This document shows positions 50,919 to 59,376 of a DNA stretch of 64,000 nt, piece by piece. The notes beneath the pieces were generated by a model. It was not told the origin of the DNA. It was given only the letters and a program-made list of their open reading frames with translations, and did no database searches. A program made the translations under genes and the position numbers. The number at the start of each line of letters is the position of its first letter. Within the stretch, counting starts at the first letter, position 1. The stretch comes from Candidatus Eiseniibacteriota bacterium (lineage in GTDB: Bacteria > Eisenbacteria > RBG-16-71-46 > SZUA-252), in NCBI GenBank assembly GCA_963703225.1, contig OY969801.1, positions 576,001 through 640,000 of the forward strand, in the 5' to 3' direction.

Positions 50919-51793
50919 GCCGCGGCGTCCTCGGAGTCTTCGATTCCGGGATCGGAGGGCTGACGGTGGTCCGCCACCTCCGCCGGCTCCTGCCCACCGT
51001 TCCGATCGTCTACTTCGGGGACACCGCGCGGGTCCCCTACGGCACGAAATCGGACGCCACCGTGCGCCGTTTCGCCGGCGAGGCGGTGCGATTTCTCACT
51101 CAATTCAAGGTGGGGCGGGTGGTCGTCGCGTGCAACACGGTCTCGGCGGTGGCGCTTCGCTCCCTGGCAAAAGAATTCCCGGCCCTTCCGATCGACGGGG
51201 TCATCGAACCGGGGGCCGAGGCCGCTGTGGCGGCCACCCGCTCCGGCCGGATCGGCGTCATCGGAACGCGCGCGACCGTGGCGAGCGGCGCGTACGAGCG
51301 CGCGGTCGCGGCCGCGGCCCGCCGGGCGGGGAAGCGCGCCCGGGTCCACGCGGCTCCGTGCCCGCTACTGGTCCCGCTCGCCGAAGAGGGGATGGAGAAC
51401 TCGAGGGCGGCCCGCGAGGCGCTGCGCGACTACCTGGCGCCGCTACAGCGGCGAAAGGTGGACACGCTCATCCTGGGCTGCACGCACTACCCGCCGTTTC
51501 GCCGCGCGCTGCAGGCCATCCTCGGCCCCCGGGTGCGGCTGATCGACTCCGGCGAAGCGACCGCGAAGCGCCTGGCGCGGCGACTACGGTGGGATCGACG
51601 ACGCGCGGCCTTGCACGGCGGCAGCGCCCCGTCGCGCCGTCGCGGCGCCATGCGTTGTTATGTCTCCGACATTCCGCGACAGTTTGAGCGCATCGGCCGC
51701 CGATTCTTGGGCCATTCCCTGGGGCGCGTCGCGCTGGTGCCGCAGGACGATCTCCCGTGGTTTGAGCGGCCGGCGCGACGGGGAGGACGCTGA
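50915..51793 (+). CDS. murI: glutamate racemase
   Basis: [36 protein letters not shown]. Confidence 0.96.
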   Translation: MSRGVLGVFDSGIGGLTVVRHLRRLLPTVPIVYFGDTARVPYGTKSDATVRRFAGEAVRFLTQFKVGRVVVACNTVSAVALRSLAKEFPALPIDGVIEPGAEAAVAATRSGRIGVIGTRATVASGAYERAVAAAARRAGKRARVHAAPCPLLVPLAEEGMENSRAAREALRDYLAPLQRRKVDTLILGCTHYPPFRRALQAILGPRVRLIDSGEATAKRLARRLRWDRRRAALHGGSAPSRRRGAMRCYVSDIPRQFERIGRRFLGHSLGRVALVPQDDLPWFERPARRGGR

Positions 51794-51795
51794 CC

Positions 51796-52563
51796 GTGCC
51801 GCGAACCGGATCGACACCCAAAGCCCGCGGCGACGGGCGCCGCCTGGGTGAGCTTCGGCCGCTCACCATCCGGCGAGGCTACCTCAAGAACGCGGAAGGC
51901 TCGGCGCTCATCGAAATGGGAGGCACCCGCGTGATCTGCGCGGCGACGGTAGAGGATCGCGTGCCGCCGTTTCTGCGCAACTCCGGCCGAGGATGGGTGA
52001 CCGCCGAATACAGCATGCTCCCGCGCTCCTCCCACGAGCGGATTACGAGGGAGGTGACGCGGGGCCACGTGGGCGGCCGCACCCACGAGATCCAGCGACT
52101 CATCGGGCGGTCGCTCCGCGCCGTGACGAATCTGGAAGCGCTCGGGGAGCGCCAGATCCTGATCGACTGCGACGTCCTGGAAGCGGACGGGGGAACCCGC
52201 ACCGCATCGATCACCGGCGCGTTCGTCGCGCTGGCCGACGCGATTCGGTGGCTGACCCGCCGCGTCGAGCTGCCCGGGGCTCCTCTTCGAGACTTCATCG
52301 CCGCCATTTCCGTCGGCCTCGTGGGCGGCTCGCCGATGCTCGACCTCTGCTACGAAGAGGATTCCAAAGCCGAGGTCGACATGAACCTGGTCATGACGGG
52401 CGCGGGCCGCCTGGTCGAGATCCAGGGGACCGCCGAGGGGAAGCCATTCTCCGAGCGTGATCTGGCGCAGATGATGGATCTCGGGAAGCGCGGAATTCGG
52501 AAGCTCGTCGCCTACCAAAAACGGACACTCGGGCTTAGGGCCCTCCCCAAGGCGTGGACCTGA
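51796..52563 (+). CDS. rph: ribonuclease PH
   Basis: [45 protein letters not shown]. Confidence 0.97.
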   Translation: MPRTGSTPKARGDGRRLGELRPLTIRRGYLKNAEGSALIEMGGTRVICAATVEDRVPPFLRNSGRGWVTAEYSMLPRSSHERITREVTRGHVGGRTHEIQRLIGRSLRAVTNLEALGERQILIDCDVLEADGGTRTASITGAFVALADAIRWLTRRVELPGAPLRDFIAAISVGLVGGSPMLDLCYEEDSKAEVDMNLVMTGAGRLVEIQGTAEGKPFSERDLAQMMDLGKRGIRKLVAYQKRTLGLRALPKAWT

Positions 52564-53147
52564 TCGTTCTCGCGACGACGAACGTGGGAAAGGCGCGGGA
52601 GCTGGAACGCCTTCTCGCCGGCACGTCGAAGCGGTTTGAAACCCTCCGGGACCACCCCCACGTGGTCCTGCCCCCGGAGCGGGGAAGCAGCTACCGGGAA
52701 AACGCCCTGGCCAAGGCAAAAGCGGTGAATGAAGCCCTGGGATTGCCCGCGCTCGGAGACGATTCGGGGCTGGAGGTGGACGAGCTGGGCGGCGCGCCGG
52801 GCCTCTACTCGGCGCGGTTCGCCGGGGAGGATGCGAGCGACGCCGCGAACAACGAGCGGCTCCTCCGCGCGCTCGCGAACGTCCCCGTGGAACGACGCAC
52901 CGGCCGCTTTCACTGCGCGCTGGTCTTGGTGCGCGGCGTGGATGACGCGCTGGAAGCGGAGGGATTCTGCGAGGGGACGATCTTGGAGGCTCCCCGCGGA
53001 GATCACGGGTTTGGCTACGACCCGCTTTTCCTCCCGGAGGGAGAGACGCTCACGTTTGGCGAGCTGCCTCCCGCCCGGAAGGATTCGATCAGCCACCGCG
53101 CACGGGCCGCGGCGGTCTTGGGCCGCGCGATCCGCCACGGCGACTAG
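52554..53147 (+). CDS. rdgB: RdgB/HAM1 non-canonical purine NTP pyrophosphatase
   Basis: [35 protein letters not shown]. Confidence 0.95.
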   Translation: MDLIVLATTNVGKARELERLLAGTSKRFETLRDHPHVVLPPERGSSYRENALAKAKAVNEALGLPALGDDSGLEVDELGGAPGLYSARFAGEDASDAANNERLLRALANVPVERRTGRFHCALVLVRGVDDALEAEGFCEGTILEAPRGDHGFGYDPLFLPEGETLTFGELPPARKDSISHRARAAAVLGRAIRHGD

Positions 53148-53170
53148 CCGGCGTCTCTAAAAATCGAAGA

Positions 53171-53246
53171 TGGGGTGGATGACGGGGCTCGAACCCGCAA
53201 CACCTGGAGCCACAGTCCAGTGCTCTACCATTGAGCTACATCCACC
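53171..53246 (-). tRNA. tRNA-His(GTG)
   Basis: G-1, GTGGATG/CATCCAC stem, loop CTGTGGC, encoded CCA. Confidence 0.95.
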
Positions 53247-53264
53247 GCGCGTCGGAACTGGCTT

Positions 53265-53338
53265 CGCGCCTGGAGGGAGTCGAACCCCCGACCGGCGGAT
53301 TAGAAATCCGCTGCTCTATCCAGCTGAGCTACAGGCGC
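53265..53338 (-). tRNA. tRNA-Arg(TCT)
   Basis: GCGCCTG/CAGGCGC stem, loop TTTCTAA; CCA not encoded. Confidence 0.93.
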
Positions 53339-53368
53339 TCTAGGAAGTCGGGGGGCGCCGGCACGAAA

Positions 53369-53442
<74 letters not shown>

Positions 53443-53468
53443 GTGCCGCCACCGGCGCCAAGCCCCAC

Positions 53469-53541
53469 ACTGTAGCCTTCGCCGCGCCGCTCCGTCAATC
53501 GGCCCATTCGCCTTGACGGAGCGCGCCGCGACGCCTATCGT
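53469..53541. promoter_or_regulatory. divergent sigma70-like promoters (tRNA operon and ssb)
   Basis: Minus strand TTGACG-N18-TACAGT; plus strand TTGACG-N17-TATCGT. Confidence 0.5.
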
Positions 53542-53583
53542 CGAGGTGTTCCCCGACGTAAACCATTCGCACGGGGGTGCATC

Positions 53584-54021
53584 GTGGCAGGAGTGAACAA
53601 GGTCATTTTGGTAGGGAATTTGGGCTCGGACCCCGAGATCCGGACCACGCCGGGCGGGCAGCGCGTGGCCAATTTCCGCATGGCCACGTCCCGATCCTGG
53701 ACCGGGCAGGACGGTCAGCGCCAGGAGAAGACGGAATGGCACTCGATCGTGGCCTGGGGAAAGCTCGCGGACATCTGCGAGCGCTTCCTGAACAAGGGGA
53801 AGCAGGTCTACGTCGAGGGGCGGCTCGAAACCCGGTCGTGGCAGGACAAAGAGGGGCAAACGCGGTACAAGACCGAGGTCATTTGCGAGACGATGCAAAT
53901 GCTGGGACGGGCCGGCGCCGATCGAGGCGGTGAGCCCGCCATGGATTCCCCGCCGCGGGGTGGTGCGCCGGATGAATCGCTGGCGCCCGCGGGCGGCTCG
54001 GACGACGACCTGCCCTTCTAG
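53584..54021 (+). CDS. ssb: single-stranded DNA-binding protein
   Basis: [26 protein letters not shown]-terminal DDDLPF. Confidence 0.97.
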   Translation: MAGVNKVILVGNLGSDPEIRTTPGGQRVANFRMATSRSWTGQDGQRQEKTEWHSIVAWGKLADICERFLNKGKQVYVEGRLETRSWQDKEGQTRYKTEVICETMQMLGRAGADRGGEPAMDSPPRGGAPDESLAPAGGSDDDLPF

Positions 54022-54058
54022 CGCCGCGCGCCCCCTCTGGGGTGGGGCGCGGCCCGCA

Positions 54059-55402
54059 TCACTGGATATAGCCTAGCGAGCGGAGCCTCTCGCGCAACTC
54101 ATCGTCGATGGGGGAGCGGAGAGGCTCTTCGCTTTGCCCCGCCGTGCGAGCGGTCTCGTAGGTCTTGAACCGAGTCTCGGTCGCCACGCGCTTCAGGACG
54201 CTCGGCGAGAGGGCGTCCTCGATCGGCCTTCCATCCATATCCTGCGCCGTCGGGAGCCCGAAGAAAGCTAGGATCGTCGGGGTGATGTCGAGCACGGTCG
54301 CGCCGGAGATGTTCGCGTCCTTCCGCGCATCGGGCCCCGCCACGAACACGATCCCATCCACCTTGTGGGCCATCACGCCCAAGCCTCCGCCGACGAACCC
54401 GTGGTCGGAGCAGAGGATGACGTCGGTCTTGGGTCCCGCCTCGCGCAGGAAATCGCCGATGAGCCGATCGGTGAAGACGTAGTAGTTCGGGACGATGTGC
54501 TTCATCCAATGGTACTCGTCGTCGTTCACAATGCCGTGTCCGGTGTTCGGAATGTCGATATCCCAGTAGATATGCGACACCTCGTCGACGCCGCGGAAAT
54601 AGACGGTGAAGAAGTCGGGGTGCGACTCGCGATAGAGGCGCATCGCGATCCGATAGAAGGTCATGTCGGCCGCGTAAATCCAACGGAGGTTCTTGACCAG
54701 CTCAACCTGACGGGCCGTCACCTTGGTCGTGTCGATCGGCGGGACGAACTGGAACAACTCCGCCCAGGAGACGCTCTCGGGGGTGCGGCGGAGCGCCTGG
54801 ACCAGGGAATCGAGCGATTCGGGATAGGTGCGCCGCGTGTCGTGCCCGGGCCAGCGCGTGAGATCGTACGGTGCGTAGTCGCTCACCAGGACCCCGTTCA
54901 CCGGCTGTGCCGGCCACGTCGTCCACCAGCCTACGACTCCAACCTTCTTGCCGAGCGATCCGAGGATGTCCCAGATCGGTCGGGCCCGCCACATGTTGGA
55001 GGTGACCAGCCGATCCGTCTCGGGCGAGGCGCTGTCGCCCCGGGCCCTCGCCCCCGCCGGATCCCGCTCGGCCTTTTCCGCGAAGAAACCGGAGACCCCG
55101 TGCTTGGTGGGAACCTTCCCGGTGGCAATGCTGGCCCAGATGATCGGGCTCTTGGTGAGCGGCTCGAGGGACCGGAGCTTGCCCGAGGCGCCCGTGTCGC
55201 GGAGCTTGGCGAACGCGGGCACGCGCTTTTGGTCGAGCAGGGGGCCGAGAATGTCCCACTCGCCGGCGTCGACGCCGATCACGAGGACCTTGGTGCGGGG
55301 CTTCTCGCCGGCCCCGGCGCAGGTCCAGGCTCCGATGCCGATCGCGAGACCGATACTCAGGCCGAGGAGGATTCGGGCGAGGCGTCCGGCGGGATGGATC
55401 AA
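54059..55402 (-). CDS. alkaline phosphatase superfamily (phosphodiesterase/NPP-type) protein
   Basis: VIGVDA, SPIIWASIATG, SDHGF, LDITPTIL, ERLRSLGYI. Confidence 0.88.
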   Translation of the reverse strand: MIHPAGRLARILLGLSIGLAIGIGAWTCAGAGEKPRTKVLVIGVDAGEWDILGPLLDQKRVPAFAKLRDTGASGKLRSLEPLTKSPIIWASIATGKVPTKHGVSGFFAEKAERDPAGARARGDSASPETDRLVTSNMWRARPIWDILGSLGKKVGVVGWWTTWPAQPVNGVLVSDYAPYDLTRWPGHDTRRTYPESLDSLVQALRRTPESVSWAELFQFVPPIDTTKVTARQVELVKNLRWIYAADMTFYRIAMRLYRESHPDFFTVYFRGVDEVSHIYWDIDIPNTGHGIVNDDEYHWMKHIVPNYYVFTDRLIGDFLREAGPKTDVILCSDHGFVGGGLGVMAHKVDGIVFVAGPDARKDANISGATVLDITPTILAFFGLPTAQDMDGRPIEDALSPSVLKRVATETRFKTYETARTAGQSEEPLRSPIDDELRERLRSLGYIQ

Positions 55403-55524
55403 GTGGTCTCCGAGGTGGCGTTCCGATGGTTGGGTCCGGCCGCGGAGCCTACCACCGGCGCCCGGCCCGTGCTACTGAGACCGCTCCGGGGCGCATTCGG
55501 TTCCCGCCTGAAGGCGCTCAAACC

Positions 55525-55553
55525 TTGACTTCGGCGGTATTCCCGCCTAGTTT
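55525..55553 (+). promoter_or_regulatory. sigma70-like promoter of tRNA-Lys
   Basis: TTGACT-N17-TAGTTT, 22 bp before the tRNA. Confidence 0.6.
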
Positions 55554-55575
55554 CAATCGGTTTCCCGCCTGATGT

Positions 55576-55651
<76 letters not shown>

Positions 55652-55696
55652 TTTTAGGCAGATGACTGCGGTTCCCTCGTGATGCCGGCTTCGCCT

Positions 55697-56716
55697 TCAC
55701 ATCTTGTGATGCTTGGAGATCTCTTCCTTGGTAAGCCGGAGGAAGCGGGCTGCGTTGTTGTACAGAATGTCGCGCCGCTGGGCCTTGCTCAAGAATGGCG
55801 CGCCCTCAATGACGGCGATCGACCGCTCGATCACACCGGGCCAGACCATTTGATCCGAACCGAACATCACTCGCTTACCAAATCCAGCTTCCGTGATGCC
55901 GCGTAGGTATCTGTAGAACCCCGCCCGAGGTTGAGAGAATACTATGACTCCAACGTCCACGTAGACCTGCGGGTGCGCGTACATCACGGCGAGGAGATCA
56001 TCGAGCATGGGGAAGCCGGCGTGCATGATGTAAAGCCTCAATCGCGGATGACGCACGAGTACTTCCTCCAGCGTCAAGGCACTATGCATCCTGGCTCGAT
56101 AACCTGTCGCACCGAGATAGATCACGCCTGGCGGGCCAGGACCGACGTGGATTCCCACCGGAATGTCCAGCTCCTCTGCAAGGGCCCAGTAGGGCTCCAT
56201 CCGCGGATCGTCCGGCGCAATTCCGGCGTATTGGGTCGTGATCTCCGCCAACGCTGCGAGGCGGCCCACCTTGTGCAACGCTCGCAGGGAGTCAGGGGAT
56301 GGATCGTCCGGATCGAGCGAGAGGCCGCAGCCTGGAAGGAATCGACCCGGTGCCGCCTTCATCCAGGCAGCCACACGATCGGGTTTGCCGCTGAGAACGC
56401 CGACGATGTTCCGCCGTGTCATGACCTCAATGGTCTGGGTCATCACCTCGTCGTCCGTCATCGGCGACCAGACCGGACGCGCGCATGGAGGCTGCTTCAG
56501 CATCGCCACCCACGCCTCGCCGTAGGGCCGCGACTGGTCCCAGACCGGCATCTCTTCGAGAGGCGCGCAGATGCCAAGTGGCGGCGGCCCCTCTTCATCA
56601 GCCGCCAGTGCATGGAGGTGCATATCAATGATTGGGAGATGCTCCTTGGCTTCAACCCGACCTGCGATCAGGATCAGCACTTGCGCCAGCAGTAGGGCTC
56701 TCTTGCAGCAGCACAT
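55697..56716 (-). CDS. amidohydrolase family protein (cassette 1)
   Basis: IIDMHLH, PVGIHVG, IMHAG, RVMFGSD, NAARFL; signal peptide. Confidence 0.9.
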   Translation of the reverse strand: MCCCKRALLLAQVLILIAGRVEAKEHLPIIDMHLHALAADEEGPPPLGICAPLEEMPVWDQSRPYGEAWVAMLKQPPCARPVWSPMTDDEVMTQTIEVMTRRNIVGVLSGKPDRVAAWMKAAPGRFLPGCGLSLDPDDPSPDSLRALHKVGRLAALAEITTQYAGIAPDDPRMEPYWALAEELDIPVGIHVGPGPPGVIYLGATGYRARMHSALTLEEVLVRHPRLRLYIMHAGFPMLDDLLAVMYAHPQVYVDVGVIVFSQPRAGFYRYLRGITEAGFGKRVMFGSDQMVWPGVIERSIAVIEGAPFLSKAQRRDILYNNAARFLRLTKEEISKHHKM

Positions 56717-56781
56717 CGCGGCTCCTCCAGAGGGAGAGGGCGTGGCCCACGCATCGGGGAGGCAAAGAGACCGCCTCGGCC

Positions 56782-56968
56782 GAGTGTAGTCTAACTGTAG
56801 TTGACGGAACCGGAGCTGGCCGTCGCGAACGGGGAGTATGGACCTGCGCGGAGCAGGGTCAACGTGGAGTCTTCGCTACATTTCGTGACATTTCGTGCCG
56901 GTTCGTGACATCCCAGGCTTCGACTCTTAATCAGTAGGTTCTAGGTTCGATTCCTAGGCGGCGCACCA
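56782..56968 (+). repeat. cassette repeat R1 (arm + 47-bp tRNA-Lys 3' block at 56922-56968)
   Basis: TGTAGTCTAACTGTAGTTGACG...ACATTTCGTGACATTTCGTG...GACTCTTAATCAGTAGGTTCTAGGTTCGATTCCTAGGCGGCGCACCA. Confidence 0.95.
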
Positions 56969-56996
56969 TTTTCCCCCAGGAGAGCCTTCCTTTCGT

Positions 56997-57776
56997 CTAT
57001 CGAAGGAGCCTCTCGATCACTTCCCTGAGCAGCGGATTGAAGCCCTCGGGATCCTCCATCATCAGGAAGTGGCCCACGCCAGGCATGACGACGACATCGA
57101 CACCGTAGCGCGTCATGGATTCGATGTCGGTTGGTCCGTCATCGGGATTGATGGCGACCACGGGCAGGTTGAGCTCCCGCAGGGCCTTGGTCAACTCACG
57201 GCCGAAGGTCACGGCGGATTCCAGGGCCCCGAGTGCAATTCCGGGGGGTGCGGCCGACATGTCTGCCGCCACCCACTCGACCAAGGACGCATCAGTGCCG
57301 GGTAGGAACATGCCCCGAACGAACGTGCGGGTCGTTTCCTCGAAGGCGGTGCGGAACGGGGCCATCAGCGCCTGAACCTCCTCGGGAGTCCGCGATACCC
57401 CGAGCCGCCTGTAGGCATCGACCCATACCAAGCCAGCGACGCGGCCTGGAAGTCGGCGAGCCGCCTCGACGATCACGTCGCCGCCCATGGAGTGGCCGAT
57501 GAGAATGATCCGTTTGAGTGCAAGCTTTTCGACGACGGCCGCGACGTCCCCCCCGAACGCTCCGATTGTCCATGCATCACGTCCGCGTCCGGATTCGCCA
57601 TGCCCGGCGACATCGACGGTCACGACCTGGAATTCGTGGGAGAACGGCTCCGCCTGTTCCCTCCAGTAGCTTCGGTCACACGACCAGCCGTGGACGAACA
57701 CGAGGGCCGCAGTCCCTGCACCATGCGTCTCATACGAGACCGGAACACCATCGGGGGAGATGACGGTCTCAGTCAC
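56997..57776 (-). CDS. alpha/beta hydrolase (cassette 2)
   Basis: FVHGW, GHGES, GHSMGG, GHFLM. Confidence 0.92.
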   Translation of the reverse strand: MTETVISPDGVPVSYETHGAGTAALVFVHGWSCDRSYWREQAEPFSHEFQVVTVDVAGHGESGRGRDAWTIGAFGGDVAAVVEKLALKRIILIGHSMGGDVIVEAARRLPGRVAGLVWVDAYRRLGVSRTPEEVQALMAPFRTAFEETTRTFVRGMFLPGTDASLVEWVAADMSAAPPGIALGALESAVTFGRELTKALRELNLPVVAINPDDGPTDIESMTRYGVDVVVMPGVGHFLMMEDPEGFNPLLREVIERLLR

Positions 57777-57853
57777 TGCCGGGGCCCTCGAAGAACGTCA
57801 CTACCCGCACTGGAGGACGATGGATCCGATTTGGACTGGCCGCACGCATGAGC

Positions 57854-58040
57854 GACTGTAGTCTAACTGTAGTTGACGCCATCGTCGCCGGCAGTCACGA
57901 ACGGGGAGTTTGACCCGCCCAGAGTGGGGTTCAAACTGAGGTTTTCGCTACATTTCGTGACATTTCACGCCGGTTCGTGACATCCTGGGCGTCGACTCTT
58001 AATCAGTAGGTTCTAGGTTCGATTCCTAGGCGGCGCACCA
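57854..58040 (+). repeat. cassette repeat R2 (tRNA block 57994-58040)
   Basis: Same arm motifs and an identical 47-bp tRNA block. Confidence 0.95.
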
Positions 58041-58858
58041 ACTTCTGCCAGATACATCACCCGCGACATCGCCCCCCGCCTCGAGAGTTCGATTGCGGTT
58101 TCGAGGTACTCCCTTTGGCTCTCGAAATCAGCCGCGCTTGAGGTCCCTTCGAGTTCGGCTCGGTGTGCGCTCATGGCTTTCAATCTACCACTGGCGTTCT
58201 TGAGCACGCTCGAGGTTCGATCCTCGGTTTCTACAAGCCCCAAACCCGAATCCTCGAGCAGTCTTTCGTTCCAGCCTGGGGTCACGAACTGGGTGTAGCC
58301 GTGAACGCTGCGTTTGCGCACGTCCTCGTTGGATAAGCAGCCGGTGACCACGCCGGCATCTGTAAACAGGAACCTCCCTCGGGGCCGAAGCAGTCTCGCC
58401 ACCTCCCGGAAGAACTCCAAACGATCACGAAGGTGAAGCACTACGTCCAGGGACATGGCTGCGTCGAATGAACCCGCTTCGAAGGGGAGTGGCTCGTTCA
58501 GGTCGGCTTCGCGTACCGAAAGGAGGCCATCGACCCCAAGTGAGGTCGCGCGCCTGTGCCCGGCGAGGAGCGCCGACGGGCTCAGTTCTACACCGGTACC
58601 CTGGCACCCGATGGTAGCTAGAATGTAGGTGAGTGGGCCGCAGGGGCCGCAGCCAAGGTCGACAAACCGACTGGAAGGGGATAGCCGAAGCCGGCCAATG
58701 TCTCCGCGGATTTCGCCGGTGTCCACCCAGGAGTGCTGCCCTACATCCTCACCATAGGCCTCGCGACGAATCTGCCGCATCAGCGGCGAGTCGAATTCCT
58801 CATAGAAGGATTCGTATCCGTCAGCCCGTGACTCTTTAAACGCATTCATGCCGCGCAC
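58013..58858 (-). CDS. class I SAM-dependent methyltransferase (cassette 3)
   Basis: VDLGCGPCG, FDAAMSLD, LRPRGRFLFTD; last codons overlap R2. Confidence 0.9.
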   Translation of the reverse strand: MRGMNAFKESRADGYESFYEEFDSPLMRQIRREAYGEDVGQHSWVDTGEIRGDIGRLRLSPSSRFVDLGCGPCGPLTYILATIGCQGTGVELSPSALLAGHRRATSLGVDGLLSVREADLNEPLPFEAGSFDAAMSLDVVLHLRDRLEFFREVARLLRPRGRFLFTDAGVVTGCLSNEDVRKRSVHGYTQFVTPGWNERLLEDSGLGLVETEDRTSSVLKNASGRLKAMSAHRAELEGTSSAADFESQREYLETAIELSRRGAMSRVMYLAEVGAPPRNRT

Positions 58859-58882
58859 CTCCGGAAGCCAGGTCCGCCCCGT

Positions 58883-58996
58883 GACTGTAGTCTAACTGTA
58901 GTTGACGCCAGCGTCGCTGGCCGTAGCGTACGGGGACTGTTGACCTGACCGGAGCGGGGTTAACGTGGGGTTTTGGTTACATTTCGCGACATTTCA
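58883..58996 (+). repeat. cassette repeat R3, truncated (no tRNA block)
   Basis: GACTGTAGTCTAACTGTAGTTGACG...TACATTTCGCGACATTTCA, then unrelated sequence. Confidence 0.9.
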
Positions 58997-59083
58997 GAGC
59001 AGCACCTTCCGGCGCGATCTATCGGGCTCAGCGAAGGCTGCAAAGTACATTTTCATCGTCTCCTCAAATACGGAGTGTTCCAT
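58994..59083 (-). pseudogene. truncated cassette 4 gene (possibly SnoaL/NTF2-like N-terminus)
   Basis: AAGGAG RBS followed by MEHSVFEETMKMYFAAFAEPDRSRRKVLL*; the stop is formed at the junction with R3. Confidence 0.6.
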
Positions 59084-59126
59084 CTTCGTCTCCTTCCCGG
59101 CACGCCCACGTGCCCACCGCGTGAGC

Positions 59127-59313
59127 GACTGTAGTCTAACTGTAGTTGACGCCACCGGAGCTGGCCGTCGCGAACGGGGAGTATTGACCTACGCGGAGCG
59201 GGGTCAACGTGGCGTCTTCATTACATTTCGTGACATTTCGTGCCGGTTCGTGACATCTGGGGCATCGACTCTTAATCAGTAGGTTCTAGGTTCGATTCCT
59301 AGGCGGCGCACCA
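59127..59313 (+). repeat. cassette repeat R4 (tRNA block 59267-59313)
   Basis: Full arm and an identical 47-bp block. Confidence 0.95.
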
Positions 59314-59376
59314 TTTTAGCCGTGGGTTCGCATCTGCGAAGGGGCGCCGTTCGTAGACTTCCAGGCGGGCGTTGGG

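Noticed and set aside
58965..59282. ORFs spanning the repeats (also 56632-56937 and 61558-61758)
   Set aside because: Their shared peptide similarity simply reflects the DNA repeat; the starts are not conserved.
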